DNA of 64,000 bases. Origin: a bacterium. Lineage in GTDB: Bacteria > Bdellovibrionota_C > UBA2361 > OMII01. The position numbers were made by a program, and so were the translations under genes. Positions within the stretch are counted from its first letter, which is position 1, and each line of letters begins with the position of its first letter. Shown piece by piece: positions 50,880 through 61,578 of this stretch. The notes beneath the pieces were generated by a model, which was given only the letters and a program-made list of their open reading frames with translations, had not been told where the DNA came from and did no database searches. The DNA is taken from positions 2,010-66,009 of the forward strand of contig JAFMIS010000001.1 of NCBI GenBank assembly GCA_017853915.1. The letters run 5' to 3'.

Positions 50880-51590
50880 TTACAGCGCGAGCTCAGCGCT
50901 GCGCAATATGAGATTCGGATCTGGGCAGAGAGCGAGGAAATACTCCCTCTGCGACTCAGCGGCAACACCAGGATAGTCTCCACGTTTATCGAGCATATCG
51001 ATAATAATCTGGAAGTGAAGGTGAGGCGGCCAATCCCCATTGATGGGGGGAGCGCCAAACCGTCCAAGCTCCTCTCCGCGCTGAATCGTCATCCCAGGAG
51101 CCTTGTTGTGCAGAGATTCTCTCGAGAGATGACCGTAAAGAGTATGGAACGACTGATCTGACACGGTATGGGTAAGGATAATCGTTGGTCCGTAATCACC
51201 AAATAGCGCGTTGTCCTGGAGGCTGTGAATCGTTGCATCATAGGGCGCAAATACCGGCGTCTCAGCGGGGGCCCAGATATCCACCCCCAGGTGGATAGAT
51301 CGAATCTCCTCGCCCTGTGAGAACTGCTCGCCGCGCGCATACCAACCACGTTTTTCATTGTAGCCGCCGATCCCAACTGGAGCACCGGACTCGGTCAGCA
51401 GCGTGTTCAGAAGAGCTGTTACTTCTCGATTGTTGGTGCAGTCGGTCTGTGCCACCAGTGGATTATTGAGAGAGAGATCGATCCGCGCTGTGTGAGGTCG
51501 ACAAAGCGGGATCGCTACCACCGGGTGGGGGGAGGATGAACGAATTGCGGCCACGATCTGTTCGTGTCGCTCAGCGAGTTTCGATGTCAT
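50880..51590 (-). CDS. M23-peptidase-like protein without a signal peptide
   Basis: HLGVDIWAP...YGH...PPHLHFQI (HxxxD/HxH M23 metal-site pattern). No N-terminal signal or TM is apparent. Confidence 0.6.
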   Translation of the reverse strand: MTSKLAERHEQIVAAIRSSSPHPVVAIPLCRPHTARIDLSLNNPLVAQTDCTNNREVTALLNTLLTESGAPVGIGGYNEKRGWYARGEQFSQGEEIRSIHLGVDIWAPAETPVFAPYDATIHSLQDNALFGDYGPTIILTHTVSDQSFHTLYGHLSRESLHNKAPGMTIQRGEELGRFGAPPINGDWPPHLHFQIIIDMLDKRGDYPGVAAESQREYFLALCPDPNLILRSAELAL

Positions 51591-52378
51591 AAGTCGATCT
51601 CAAGAAACGTCGTAGCCTCATGGCGACTAAAGCCCTGTCTTTGCCAGAATCGCTCGGCGGCGCTATTTCCAGCGGTTGTCATAAGGTGCACGAAGCGCGC
51701 TCCGGCAGCGTGCAAAGCGGCCAGGGAGACATCGCTAAGAACCTGGCCTAATCCGTGATTTCGATGTTCGGGGGCAACCCACGTGTGAGATATAGTACCG
51801 TAAGACCCACAGCAGCCTCCGATTGAAACCCCTACGATAGAACCGCCATGCTCAACAACTTTGAAGAACCGATGTGGTTGCCCGATCTGACTTCGAATGA
51901 GCGGAAATTCCCAAGGCTTGAACGCGAGCTCCTCAACGTGAGTGAGATCGAGGCCGATTCGAATCAGATCCTCCTCGGTCCCGTTCCGCACGTTGTAGTG
52001 GTGGGAGAGTTGAGAGTGAGCCGAGGGCGGAGTAAGAAGAACACATTGATATAGGTGCTCGCCTGGGCACTCCTTGAAGCCGGCTTTAAGCGCAACATCT
52101 TTTAGATAACTCGAGTGATCAACGATGATATGCGCGCGTCGGACGCCTAAATTTCGCAATGCCTCAATCGACCGGTGAAGAAGTCGTGGCACATCCTGCG
52201 GATCCCGGGCTTGAATCTCTGAGATGAGGCCCCGAACGCCCAGAGAGCCAGCGGATGCTGTTGCTTGGAATGCCAGCGACGATGTCTGAAGAGGAGTCGA
52301 CTCGGCGGCAGGCCTCAGAGGTGCTGACGCCGCGCGATCGCTAGTAACAGAAGAAGATGAAAGGCTTGTTGTATTCAT
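51587..52378 (-). CDS. GNAT-family N-acetyltransferase with a Ser-rich N-terminal region
   Basis: The C-terminal half has a GNAT acetyl-CoA motif (HRNHGLGQVLSDVSLAALHAAG...ERFWQRQGF). Its stop overlaps the start of the M23-like ORF. Confidence 0.65.
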   Translation of the reverse strand: MNTTSLSSSSVTSDRAASAPLRPAAESTPLQTSSLAFQATASAGSLGVRGLISEIQARDPQDVPRLLHRSIEALRNLGVRRAHIIVDHSSYLKDVALKAGFKECPGEHLYQCVLLTPPSAHSQLSHHYNVRNGTEEDLIRIGLDLTHVEELAFKPWEFPLIRSQIGQPHRFFKVVEHGGSIVGVSIGGCCGSYGTISHTWVAPEHRNHGLGQVLSDVSLAALHAAGARFVHLMTTAGNSAAERFWQRQGFSRHEATTFLEIDL

Positions 52379-52675
52379 GAGTGTGGTAGAATTGAGAGCT
52401 ACCAGAGGACAGGTTTTTTAGCTGCCAAAGGAATGCTTGGACGAGGGACGCCGCTCGGCGTTTGACGAGAGCGGTCACAGGTGATGAAAACCCGAGCCAC
52501 AACGGACATCTTTCCAATCCGCACAGGAGCAGAGAAAACGCTGAGGGTTCTCTGGAATTCGGTTGATACATCGTGAGCGCTCATGCCTGTGCAATGTCTC
52601 ACTTTTCGCTGGCCTATGGTATGCTGAAGCGAAGCTTTTTCACTTTCACTACATTGTGTAATATTTATAACATTT

Positions 52676-53554
52676 ATGAGACGGATGGCGGTGTTTGAGG
52701 ACTTTCTGAGCGCTCTTGAGGATCTAGAGAGCGACACACCGGCGGCCCGTAAAGCATTTCGCCGGCTTATGCTTCGCTACTATGACCTTCATGGCCGTGT
52801 CTTTCCATGGCGAGAGACTCGCGATCCTTACCGGATCCTGGTGAGCGAGATCATGCTCCAGCAAACGCAGACACAGCGAGTGGCAGCAAAGTATCCGGAG
52901 TTTATTAAGAGATTTTCCTCGATTCGCGCCCTGGCGCGGGCCTCGCAGAGCGAGGTGCTGAGGGCGTGGGAGGGTTTGGGCTACTATCGGCGGGCGCGGA
53001 ACTTACACCGCGCTGCCATCGCTATATGTGAATACTACAAGGGGCGAGTGCCTCGCCAACTGCGTGAACTAGGATCTCTTCCCGGCGTTGGTGATTACAC
53101 TGCAGCGGCTGTATCGGTATTCGCTTTTGACACGCCGGTGGCGATGATCGAGACGAATATCCGCTCAGTGTACCTGCATGTTTTTTTTCGGGGCAAACGA
53201 AGGGTTTCTGATAGAGACATTCGTGTGCTTGTCGAAGAGACGCTCGATCGAGGTAGGTGTCGAGAGTGGTTCTACGCGCTCATGGATTTCGGAGTTGAAT
53301 TGAAAAAAGTTCGACCCGGAATTAATGCTCGCAGTAGACATCACACCAAACAATCTACCTTTGAGGGATCAGATCGACAGATAGCAGCGCGGATCTTGCG
53401 ACAAGCTCTGCAGTCTACAAAGGGTATGAGGCTCGTAGAGCTGCGACGAGAATTCAACATATCCGAGAAAAGGCTCGTTCGGGTAGTAAAGCGGCTTATC
53501 GCGGATGGCCTGATTGAACCCTCGCCGGGGAATAAAATTAGAGCAGTGGCGTAG
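52676..53554 (+). CDS. HhH-GPD DNA glycosylase, MutY-like, lacking the Fe-S cluster Cys ligands and the NUDIX domain
   Basis: WRETRDPYRILVSEIMLQQTQTQRV, the LPGVGDYTAAAV HhH and the catalytic-region Asp match MutY/Nth. The usual C-X6-C-X2-C-X5-C is replaced by Cys-free sequence. There is no MutT-like C-terminal domain. The last ~70 aa look like a winged helix. Confidence 0.7.
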   Translation: MRRMAVFEDFLSALEDLESDTPAARKAFRRLMLRYYDLHGRVFPWRETRDPYRILVSEIMLQQTQTQRVAAKYPEFIKRFSSIRALARASQSEVLRAWEGLGYYRRARNLHRAAIAICEYYKGRVPRQLRELGSLPGVGDYTAAAVSVFAFDTPVAMIETNIRSVYLHVFFRGKRRVSDRDIRVLVEETLDRGRCREWFYALMDFGVELKKVRPGINARSRHHTKQSTFEGSDRQIAARILRQALQSTKGMRLVELRREFNISEKRLVRVVKRLIADGLIEPSPGNKIRAVA

Positions 53555-53603
53555 GCGTGTGAATGTACCACGCGGTAGCCGAGAAGCTCACGAAACAATG
53601 AGG

Positions 53604-54362
53604 TTAGCCAATTGCTGAAAGGTCAGATGCAGTGGCAGCAGCGCCGAGAGAAGAGCGCCACTCTTTGTGGCGAGATATGATTTTGTGAGCATATTGAATC
53701 GACTGAGAAGGGACACGTTTCTTCTCGCGCAACGCGTTCGATAGGTTCGTCGGACCCCAATTGTACGCCACTAACGCGCGCTCGCGGTTTCCACTAAATC
53801 GTTCATTCAGGTACTTGAGGTAGGCGATGCCGAGACGGACGTTGGTGGCGGGATCGTGAAGATTGAGCGCCGCGCCGAAGTGGGTGTCGGTAATAGTACG
53901 GGAGATGTAGAGCCCCGTCTCGGGTGTCAACTGCATGAGTCCGCGGGCGCCACGGTGTGAAATAGCCCCGTGTCGGAATGTGCTCTCGGCTCGAATGACG
54001 GCGGTGATAAAGAGAGAATCAACATTAGCTCGGTGGCTCTCTTCAACGATGAGCGTCGCGAGAGAGTCGCTATCGGGATGCGACGGAAGCGCTTCGCGAA
54101 TGATTTTTGAGACTAAAACGATCTCAGGTGAAAGATCTAATCTCTGTCTCAGCGCGCGCGCCTCCTGGAGCTCAAGAGCAACCTCGCGCTCCTCAGAGTT
54201 TACATAAGAGTGGGTGTGATGAGAGAACACACACAACATCGAGAGATACACCGATGCCGCGGTTGATAGGATGCAGGCTATGTTTGGATTGCGCCCGCGG
54301 ATGACTTGGTAAACAGCTCGTTTCATATCGACTTCCAGAAAAAGGCCTCCTTGGCAAAACAC
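53604..54362 (-). CDS. lytic transglycosylase (SLT domain)
   Basis: ES.F.....S..GA.GLMQL.P.T SLT catalytic motif (AESTFRHGAISHRGARGLMQLTPETG), N-terminal TM/signal. Confidence 0.85.
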   Translation of the reverse strand: MFCQGGLFLEVDMKRAVYQVIRGRNPNIACILSTAASVYLSMLCVFSHHTHSYVNSEEREVALELQEARALRQRLDLSPEIVLVSKIIREALPSHPDSDSLATLIVEESHRANVDSLFITAVIRAESTFRHGAISHRGARGLMQLTPETGLYISRTITDTHFGAALNLHDPATNVRLGIAYLKYLNERFSGNRERALVAYNWGPTNLSNALREKKRVPSQSIQYAHKIISRHKEWRSSLGAAATASDLSAIG

Positions 54363-54534
54363 CTTTTGGTGGCCCGGAGGTTGTTTTCCTACCTAATCGA
54401 TGCGGGGTAGGTAGGAGTTGATTCCAGTGGTAAAAGATAAGAGGGCCAGGGGGTTATGACGGGGGTCTCGGTTTTCTTGAGAAAGCCCAAAATTGCCCGT
54501 AGAATGCGGCACTTGGCTTAGTTGTACCAGATTT

Positions 54535-56448
54535 ATGACTTCAACCGTTTTAAAGCAAACAGTGGTTATCGGCGGTGGGCACGCAGGCATTGAGGCCGCA
54601 TACGCCTCGGCTCGTCTTGGTATTCCAACAGTGCTCGTCTCGCTGCGCAGAGACGGTATAGGTCAGATGTCCTGTAATCCCGCGATCGGTGGAGTGGGGA
54701 AAGGGCATCTGGTGAAAGAAGTTGATGCTCTCGGCGGTTTAATGGGGCGAGCAATCGACGCGACGGGAATACAATTTCGCATCTTGAATACAAGCAAGGG
54801 AGCGGCAGCTCGCGCATCGCGCGCTCAAGCGGACAGAGAGCTCTACAAAAAATGGATCCAGGAGTATCTTGGGCAGGTTGCGAACCTCACTGTTGTAGAG
54901 GGAGAGGCTGCGTCGATCCATACCAGCGCTGGTCGAGTACGTGGTGTAAGCCTCAAAGACGGTTCTTTCATTCCAGCCGCGGCCGTGGTCCTCACGACCG
55001 GCACATTTCTTCGAGGGCTCATGCATTCCGGGGAGCGCCAAACAGAGGGTGGGCGCCTTGGAGACCTGGCATCGAATGATCTAAGCGACTCCTTGCGGAC
55101 GCTCGGGTTTCCGTTGGGAAGACTGAAGACAGGAACTCCACCACGACTGCGGCGCTCCTCGATAGATTTTTCGCGACTGCAGGAGCAGCCAGGGGATCTT
55201 CCTCCGCAACCATTTTCGTTCATGACTCCCGGTATTACGAGGCAGCAGATCTCGTGTTGGATGACCGCCACCAATGAGCGCGCTCATGATATCATTCGCT
55301 CAAACAAGGAGCGTAGCCCGATGTTCAATGGGCAGATCAAGTCGGGAGGTCCACGGTATTGCCCATCGATTGAGGATAAGGTTTTCCGATTCGCTGATAA
55401 GACGAGTCACACCGTGTTTCTTGAGCCGGAGGGCTTCGCTTCCGATATCGTCTACCCCAACGGCATCTCGACCTCTCTTCCCATTGACGTTCAGGAATCT
55501 TTTATTCGAACCATCAAAGGGCTCGAAAACGTCGAATTTCTGGCGCCAGGGTACGCTGTCGAATACGACTTCGTGGATCCTCGGCACCTTGCTCCGACAT
55601 ATGAAACCAAGGATGTGGGTGGATTGTTCCTCGCGGGGCAGATAAACGGGACGAGTGGCTACGAAGAGGCCGCGGCGCAGGGCATAATCGCGGGAATCAA
55701 CGCGGCCCAATCAATTCTCGACAAGGAGCCGCTGCTCATCACTCGAGGACAAGGGTACATCGGCGTTATGACCGACGATTTGACAACGAATGGCGTTGAT
55801 GAGCCCTATCGAATGTTCACCTCACGCGCCGAATATCGGCTCATTTTGAGAGAAGATAACGCGACGCAGCGACTGTGCCCCGTGGCGAGATCGCTCGGAT
55901 TGCTTTCGGCTGAGCAGATACGCGCGTTTGAAGCCAGGCAGGATTCGCACTCGCGCGCCCTCACATGGCTTGCCGCGACGCGGATAAAACCTACGAGCGA
56001 GACAAACGCTTGGCTTGAGGGCAAATCGACCGCGGCGCTGAAAGATAGCGCCACGCTGCAACAACTTCTCAAACGTCCTCAGCTCTCGCTTGCCGATATT
56101 CTCGCACATGTTCCCTACCCCGAGGAGCTAACCGAAGAATTAAAAGCAGCGCTTGAAATAGAGTGCAAGTTCAATGGATACCTCTCTCGCCAGGATGAGG
56201 ACGTGAAAAAGCTCAAAAAAATTGAGGGTGAGCGTATACCGGCGGACTTCCCGTACGACGCGATCAAACAACTTCGTACCGAAGCGCGTGAAAAGCTAAA
56301 GAAACATCGACCAGATTCCCTGGGACAAGCGATGCGGATTCCGGGCATGACCCCGAGCGCGGTATCGCTTCTTGCCGTGTACCTTAAGCGATTTAAGTCG
56401 GGAGAGCTGAACGAAACGGGCGCTCGAGCAGATGGACTGACCGCGTAA
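54535..56448 (+). CDS. mnmG: tRNA uridine 5-carboxymethylaminomethyl modification enzyme MnmG (GidA)
   Basis: FAD motif [13 protein letters not shown] and conserved GidA blocks throughout. The ORF is annotated from 54493, but the Met at 54535 gives the canonical N-terminus. Confidence 0.95.
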   Translation: MTSTVLKQTVVIGGGHAGIEAAYASARLGIPTVLVSLRRDGIGQMSCNPAIGGVGKGHLVKEVDALGGLMGRAIDATGIQFRILNTSKGAAARASRAQADRELYKKWIQEYLGQVANLTVVEGEAASIHTSAGRVRGVSLKDGSFIPAAAVVLTTGTFLRGLMHSGERQTEGGRLGDLASNDLSDSLRTLGFPLGRLKTGTPPRLRRSSIDFSRLQEQPGDLPPQPFSFMTPGITRQQISCWMTATNERAHDIIRSNKERSPMFNGQIKSGGPRYCPSIEDKVFRFADKTSHTVFLEPEGFASDIVYPNGISTSLPIDVQESFIRTIKGLENVEFLAPGYAVEYDFVDPRHLAPTYETKDVGGLFLAGQINGTSGYEEAAAQGIIAGINAAQSILDKEPLLITRGQGYIGVMTDDLTTNGVDEPYRMFTSRAEYRLILREDNATQRLCPVARSLGLLSAEQIRAFEARQDSHSRALTWLAATRIKPTSETNAWLEGKSTAALKDSATLQQLLKRPQLSLADILAHVPYPEELTEELKAALEIECKFNGYLSRQDEDVKKLKKIEGERIPADFPYDAIKQLRTEAREKLKKHRPDSLGQAMRIPGMTPSAVSLLAVYLKRFKSGELNETGARADGLTA

Positions 56449-56462
56449 GACGCCTTGATCTA

Positions 56463-57218
56463 TTGCTCGTCAGCGATAAACGTGCCCACAATTTCCTCAT
56501 GGACTTTTTTGACCATGAAAACCCCACCCCAGCGGCAAGGACCAAAGATTATCGAAATGTATTTGTCATTCAGGCCGCGCTCTTAACGACAGCGCTTCTA
56601 CTCGCCGATATCCTTCACATGCTTCATGTGTCGGAGTTTAAAACTCTGCACCACTCGGTGTATCTGGTGCTGGGAGGGACATACTTCTATCTTCTCTGGG
56701 ATCTCTTAAAAAACTTTCTCAAGAGCAGGATAGTGATAGCGAGCCTCTTCTTTTATATCATGTTGATGCTGACGGCAGTTTTCATTTTACAAAATCCATT
56801 CTTCACGTGGGTATCGAATCCAGTTCCTGGTTTAATTATCGTGCATGCTGGTCTCATCGCGATTGAGGTCCTAGCGATTGTGAGCGTATTTCGTGATGTT
56901 TTTTCGCCCAAAAACATTACTAAGAACAACTTGTGGGGCGCCGTGAGTCTTTTTCTGATGATGACGATTAGCTTCGCCAGCTTCTATGATCTGCTTAATC
57001 TTATCGCCCCGGGGAGCTTTGGATTCCCCCTTGAGCCTGGTTTTCGGACATATTCAGAATCTCTCTACTGCTCTCTTGTCGCCATTGGTGGTGGCACACC
57101 GAGCTACTCCTCACCAACGCTCCTGGTGCGAAATGTTGTGGCCCTTGAGGGAATAGTCGGGAATCTCTATCTCGTTGTTTTGATCGGCAGGATTTTAGGG
57201 CGGGTGTCGAACGATTAA
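56463..57218 (+). CDS. polytopic membrane protein, possibly ion-channel-like
   Basis: 251 aa with about 6 TM helices and a pore-loop-like region (LYCSLVAIGGGTP) lacking a canonical TVGYG K+ selectivity filter. Tentative. Confidence 0.45.
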   Translation: MLVSDKRAHNFLMDFFDHENPTPAARTKDYRNVFVIQAALLTTALLLADILHMLHVSEFKTLHHSVYLVLGGTYFYLLWDLLKNFLKSRIVIASLFFYIMLMLTAVFILQNPFFTWVSNPVPGLIIVHAGLIAIEVLAIVSVFRDVFSPKNITKNNLWGAVSLFLMMTISFASFYDLLNLIAPGSFGFPLEPGFRTYSESLYCSLVAIGGGTPSYSSPTLLVRNVVALEGIVGNLYLVVLIGRILGRVSND

Positions 57219-57253
57219 ATCGACAACGATGGTGGACTTCGCGGGCAGGATCG

Positions 57254-58666
57254 CTACGTTTTTTTGCTCAGTAAGTCTCGACGCTTTTTAGCCCAGGAGC
57301 TCTTTATCTCCTGTCTCGCCCGACCTAGGGCAAGAGCGTCCGCGGGTACGTCCTCGGTGATGACTGATCCGGCCGCGATAAGTGAGCCATCACCGATCGT
57401 GACGGGAGCAACTAGGCAGGAGTTGCTGCCTATAAAAACATCCTTACCAATCGTAGTCTTCGATTTTCGATAGCCATCGTAGTTGCATGTAATCGTTCCC
57501 GCTCCGATGTTTGTCTCCTCACCCACGATGCAATCTCCCAGGTATGTAAGGTGAGAGGCCTTGGCTCCATCATGAAGAGTCGAGCCCTTAACTTCCACAA
57601 AGTTTCCGACCCGAACATGCGCGCCAAGAATGGTGCCAGGTCTCACGTTAGCGAAGGGCCCTACAGAGCTTTCGGCCCCGATGGTCGAGTCTTCGATCCG
57701 ACTTCCGAGTTTAATGTGGGCCGAAGGACCTATGCTGCTATTGATAATGAGCGAAGATCCCTCAAGCACAACTGACGCGGCGATGGTTGTGGTGCCCTTG
57801 AGCTGCACGTGAGGCCCGATCCGAGCTCCCGGTTCGATGGTTACAGACTCGTCGATGGAGCAGCTGGAGAGGTCGTCAAAAATAACACCAGAGCTTTGCA
57901 AACGCTGAAGGAAACGCTCCTGGAGAACTCTGTTCACAAAAGCGAGGTCGCTCAATGTGTTAACGCCAGCGGCCTCTTTGGGGTCTCCGAGAGGAAAAGC
58001 GTTTACGGTCTGGCCCTCTTTTGAAGCCCGTTCGACGATATCAGTAAGGTAGTACTCGCCCTGTGAGTTCTTATTTTCAAGAGAATCGATCGCTGGCTTC
58101 AGGAATGACGAGTCGACCGCGTAGACTCCCGAATTAACCTCTGGGATCAGGAGCTCTTCAGGAGAGCAATCCTTTGCCTCCGTGATTCGCAGGACTTGGT
58201 TAGAGGAGCCTCGAATAATTCGCCCATATCCATTTGGTGGTGGAGTCTGGAATGAGATCATCGTGAGAGTGGATTTCTTATAGCGGTGGTACTCGAGGAA
58301 GTGCCGCAAGGTCTCTGGTCGAAACAGCGGATGATCGGCGTAGGTTAAGATGACTGTGCCCTTGCACCCAACAAGCGCTGGTAGGGCGCATCGTACCGCA
58401 TGACCCGTCCCGAGCTGCTGATCCTGGTATACAGTCTCGATCGAGTGGTGCGCAGCGGCGGGAGAGGAGGCGAGGTGTTTCTCAAGAAGTTCTCGCTTGT
58501 GACCGACGACCACGATCGTTTTGGCAGGCTTGAGAGGCTCTAAGCCACGTAACACAAGGTCGATGAGAGCTCCCGCTCGAGTACTGGCGAGAGCCTTAGG
58601 GCTATCGCCTCCTAAGCGCTTTCCGAGACCAGCAGCTAAAATAACGCAATACGTATGATCGCTCAT
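57254..58666 (-). CDS. glmU: bifunctional GlmU (UDP-GlcNAc pyrophosphorylase / GlcN-1-P acetyltransferase)
   Basis: N-terminus ILAAGLGKRL nucleotidyltransferase motif, C-terminal left-handed beta-helix hexapeptide repeats; 470 aa. Confidence 0.92.
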   Translation of the reverse strand: MSDHTYCVILAAGLGKRLGGDSPKALASTRAGALIDLVLRGLEPLKPAKTIVVVGHKRELLEKHLASSPAAAHHSIETVYQDQQLGTGHAVRCALPALVGCKGTVILTYADHPLFRPETLRHFLEYHRYKKSTLTMISFQTPPPNGYGRIIRGSSNQVLRITEAKDCSPEELLIPEVNSGVYAVDSSFLKPAIDSLENKNSQGEYYLTDIVERASKEGQTVNAFPLGDPKEAAGVNTLSDLAFVNRVLQERFLQRLQSSGVIFDDLSSCSIDESVTIEPGARIGPHVQLKGTTTIAASVVLEGSSLIINSSIGPSAHIKLGSRIEDSTIGAESSVGPFANVRPGTILGAHVRVGNFVEVKGSTLHDGAKASHLTYLGDCIVGEETNIGAGTITCNYDGYRKSKTTIGKDVFIGSNSCLVAPVTIGDGSLIAAGSVITEDVPADALALGRARQEIKSSWAKKRRDLLSKKT

Positions 58667-58816
58667 GATGCAACGGTAGCACGGGCCGCGGGGCTTAAAA
58701 AGTGGCCCGGAACAGCCCTGAGCGGATCGCTGAGGAATCCAGCAAAATACCTTTTGATCCTCCCACTTCCTTGCTATTCATAGCTACTCGGAAAGAGGCA
58801 CAAGGATACTCGCGTT

Positions 58817-60049
58817 ATGGTGACAAAAATAAAAGTAGCTAATCCCGTTGTTGAGCTTGATGGCGATGAGATGACACGGATCATCTGGCAGATAATTCGC
58901 GAAAAGCTGATCCTGCCCTTTCTTGATATCGATATCAAATACTACGATCTCTCAATTCAGAATCGGGATGCCACAAACGATCAGGTCACGATAGATTCAG
59001 CCGAAGCGATCAAAAAGTACGGTGTTGGTATTAAGTGCGCGACAATCACGCCCGATGAGGCGCGAGTAAAGGAATTTAGCCTTAAAAAGATGTGGAAGTC
59101 CCCGAATGGGACGATTCGTAATATCATTGGCGGCACCGTATTTCGCGAGCCAATTATCTGTCGAAATATCCCGCGTTTGGTGCCTGGGTGGACTGAGTCA
59201 ATAATAATTGGTCGCCACGCGTTCGGAGATCAGTATCGAGCGACTGACTTCAAGGTGCCCGGCAAGGGCACGCTCACTATGAAGTTTGTTCCGGCTGATG
59301 GAGGAGCGGCTATCGAGCATGAGGTTTTTGATTTCACTGGAAGTGGCGTCGCGATGGGGATGTATAACCTCGATGAGTCGATCCGTAGCTTCGCGCGAAG
59401 CAGTTTAAACTATGGACTCGCCAAGAAGCTCCCGACCTACCTTTCGACGAAAAATACGATATTAAAAGCCTACGATGGCCGATTCAAAGACATCTTTCAG
59501 GAGGTATACGACACGGAATTCAAAGCCGCCTTTGAAGCGGCAGGCATTGAGTACCAGCATCGCTTAATTGATGACATGGTCGCGTACGCGATGAAATCAA
59601 AGGGCGGCTTTGTCTGGGCGTGTAAGAACTATGATGGTGATGTGCAGTCCGACTCAGTGGCGCAAGGCTTCGGATCTCTTGGTCTCATGACCTCTGTTCT
59701 TATGACTGAAGATGGTAAAACTATCGAGGCAGAGGCGGCCCACGGCACTGTTACCCGCCACTATAGACTTCATCAGCAAGGAAAAGAGACCTCGACGAAT
59801 CCAATTGCCTCTATATTCGCGTGGAGCACGGGGCTTCGGTATCGAGCCGCGTTTGATGGCAATGAGGAGCTCTCGCGATTTGCCACTACACTCGAACGAG
59901 TGTGCGTCGATGCCGTTGAGAGCGGAACCATGACGAAGGACCTCGCGATGTGCATTCATGGAGAGGCGACCCAACGTCAGCATTACGTCACCACTGAGCA
60001 GTTTATGGCGCGAGTCGCTGATCTGTTAGCGACACGACTCTCCCGTTAG
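58817..60049 (+). CDS. icd: NADP-dependent isocitrate dehydrogenase (about 410 aa, type II)
   Basis: The N-terminus [21 protein letters not shown] and conserved blocks match IDH1/IDH2-type enzymes. Confidence 0.92.
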   Translation: MVTKIKVANPVVELDGDEMTRIIWQIIREKLILPFLDIDIKYYDLSIQNRDATNDQVTIDSAEAIKKYGVGIKCATITPDEARVKEFSLKKMWKSPNGTIRNIIGGTVFREPIICRNIPRLVPGWTESIIIGRHAFGDQYRATDFKVPGKGTLTMKFVPADGGAAIEHEVFDFTGSGVAMGMYNLDESIRSFARSSLNYGLAKKLPTYLSTKNTILKAYDGRFKDIFQEVYDTEFKAAFEAAGIEYQHRLIDDMVAYAMKSKGGFVWACKNYDGDVQSDSVAQGFGSLGLMTSVLMTEDGKTIEAEAAHGTVTRHYRLHQQGKETSTNPIASIFAWSTGLRYRAAFDGNEELSRFATTLERVCVDAVESGTMTKDLAMCIHGEATQRQHYVTTEQFMARVADLLATRLSR

Positions 60050-60191
60050 GCCCTGCTGCCTACGAGCTGCGATATGTAAGGCGGCCTTAGCTGTTCGAAC
60101 TTTGACTTTGCAAGTTCCTCTGCGATAGTCTCCCTGCCTCAAGCCTGCCTAGTTGATCACATGCGCGGGTTTATGGAATCACTGAGGGAAC

Positions 60192-60887
60192 GTGAGCAAG
60201 GTCGCTGCTTCAAATCAAAAGACATTTATAGGCGAGACGACTCCGCGCGACGCGGAGTTTTGGAAATTATCCGCTTCCATGCGCGATATGCGTGACTTAG
60301 AGGCGTTTCGATCCTTCGAAGAGCTTCGACGGTCCCACATTGAGGGAGTAGACTACCGAGTTGAAGAGCGTCGGGGCGCAATCAATCTACTCTGTGCCGC
60401 ATGGCATGGAGGTAGAATGGAATTAGGGAGCGATATACTCGCTAACGCTATAGCAGGCGAGCGGTTCCACTACTATGCGTTTAGCGCCCTGATTCCTCAC
60501 TCTGGTCGCGGAGATCACCCCCTTCATATCACCTCGAGCCGTTTCAATGAGCCCCGGCTGCTACGGATTGCTGAAGCAAGTGACATGGTATTCGCGATAC
60601 ACTGCTGCAGCACCGCTGAGGGATCTCGCCGTATTTTTATTGGTGGAGGGGCGCGGGATGGAATAAAAGAGGGTTTAATCGAAAGTCTAAGAGCACACGA
60701 CTTTAACGCTGGCGCTGACCGGCTGTTCCCTGGCCTCCATCCATCGAACCCCTGCAATCGAGGACAACGCCTCGGCGTTCAGATCGAGATACCCCAAGAT
60801 TACATGAACTGGCTGCTCGCTCATGACGAGCGTTTTGATCGCCTCTCAACGATCATTTCCGACTATATGGCTGCGCTCGCGCGATAG
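60192..60887 (+). CDS. poly-gamma-glutamate hydrolase family protein (DUF867/YjqB-like zinc hydrolase), tentative
   Basis: The HGGRMELGS motif resembles the HGG..E.GT zinc-binding signature I recall for the PghP/DUF867 family; 231 aa, cytoplasmic. Confidence 0.45.
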   Translation: MSKVAASNQKTFIGETTPRDAEFWKLSASMRDMRDLEAFRSFEELRRSHIEGVDYRVEERRGAINLLCAAWHGGRMELGSDILANAIAGERFHYYAFSALIPHSGRGDHPLHITSSRFNEPRLLRIAEASDMVFAIHCCSTAEGSRRIFIGGGARDGIKEGLIESLRAHDFNAGADRLFPGLHPSNPCNRGQRLGVQIEIPQDYMNWLLAHDERFDRLSTIISDYMAALAR

Positions 60888-60979
60888 TTTTTTAGGCCAC
60901 GATTACTTGTTGCCTCGGAATACCGTTAAACCCCCAGGATTGAGTTGGCGTTGCCTCGGACATCTCTGGATTGTTGGCG

Positions 60980-61567
60980 CTATATAGCGTCTGAGGACGA
61001 GAGGGGCGAGGACAGGAGTTTTTCAATGCTTGCCTGGGCCCTTGGGGAGCTCCAATCTCGTGGCCCGACAATCCGGCGAGTCATTGACCCGGTGGCTGGA
61101 TCCTGAAAGGAGATCTGCTCTCCGGAGGAATTCAGCATGATCGTCATCGGCAATCCCTGCGCTCCAAAAGCTCTCTTCAGAGCACCTTGTGCGTCAACTA
61201 AAACCGGGAATGGAATCCGCAACGTTTTGGCGAAATTGCTCGCGTCGGAAGCTGAGTCATCGATCGCTATTCCTAGTACCACAAAATCTCGACCCTGAAA
61301 TTTCCGTGATAGCTGAGAGAGAGAGGGAGCCTCAATCGCGCATGGGCCGCACCATGAAGCAAGGAAGTGTAGGAGAACAACAGAGCCGTGAAAGTCCGAG
61401 AGTGAGACCGATTCTCCATCGGTTGTCGTAAATTCCTTGTCGCTGAGCCCCACCCGTGTCACGGGATAGGATGGCACCGCCTGCACCAAGTCGCCTGGCG
61501 CTACGAGGCTTGAGAAAAAACACACGCAGAGGGTGCTCAATCGTATTGCGGTGGCGGATAATCGCAT
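60980..61567 (-). CDS. TlpA/ResA-like periplasmic thiol:disulfide oxidoreductase (thioredoxin fold)
   Basis: Signal/TM N-terminus, WCGPC active site, 195 aa. Confidence 0.8.
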   Translation of the reverse strand: MRLSATAIRLSTLCVCFFSSLVAPGDLVQAVPSYPVTRVGLSDKEFTTTDGESVSLSDFHGSVVLLHFLASWCGPCAIEAPSLSQLSRKFQGRDFVVLGIAIDDSASDASNFAKTLRIPFPVLVDAQGALKRAFGAQGLPMTIMLNSSGEQISFQDPATGSMTRRIVGPRDWSSPRAQASIEKLLSSPLSSSDAI

Positions 61568-61578
61568 GAAATTTCGGG

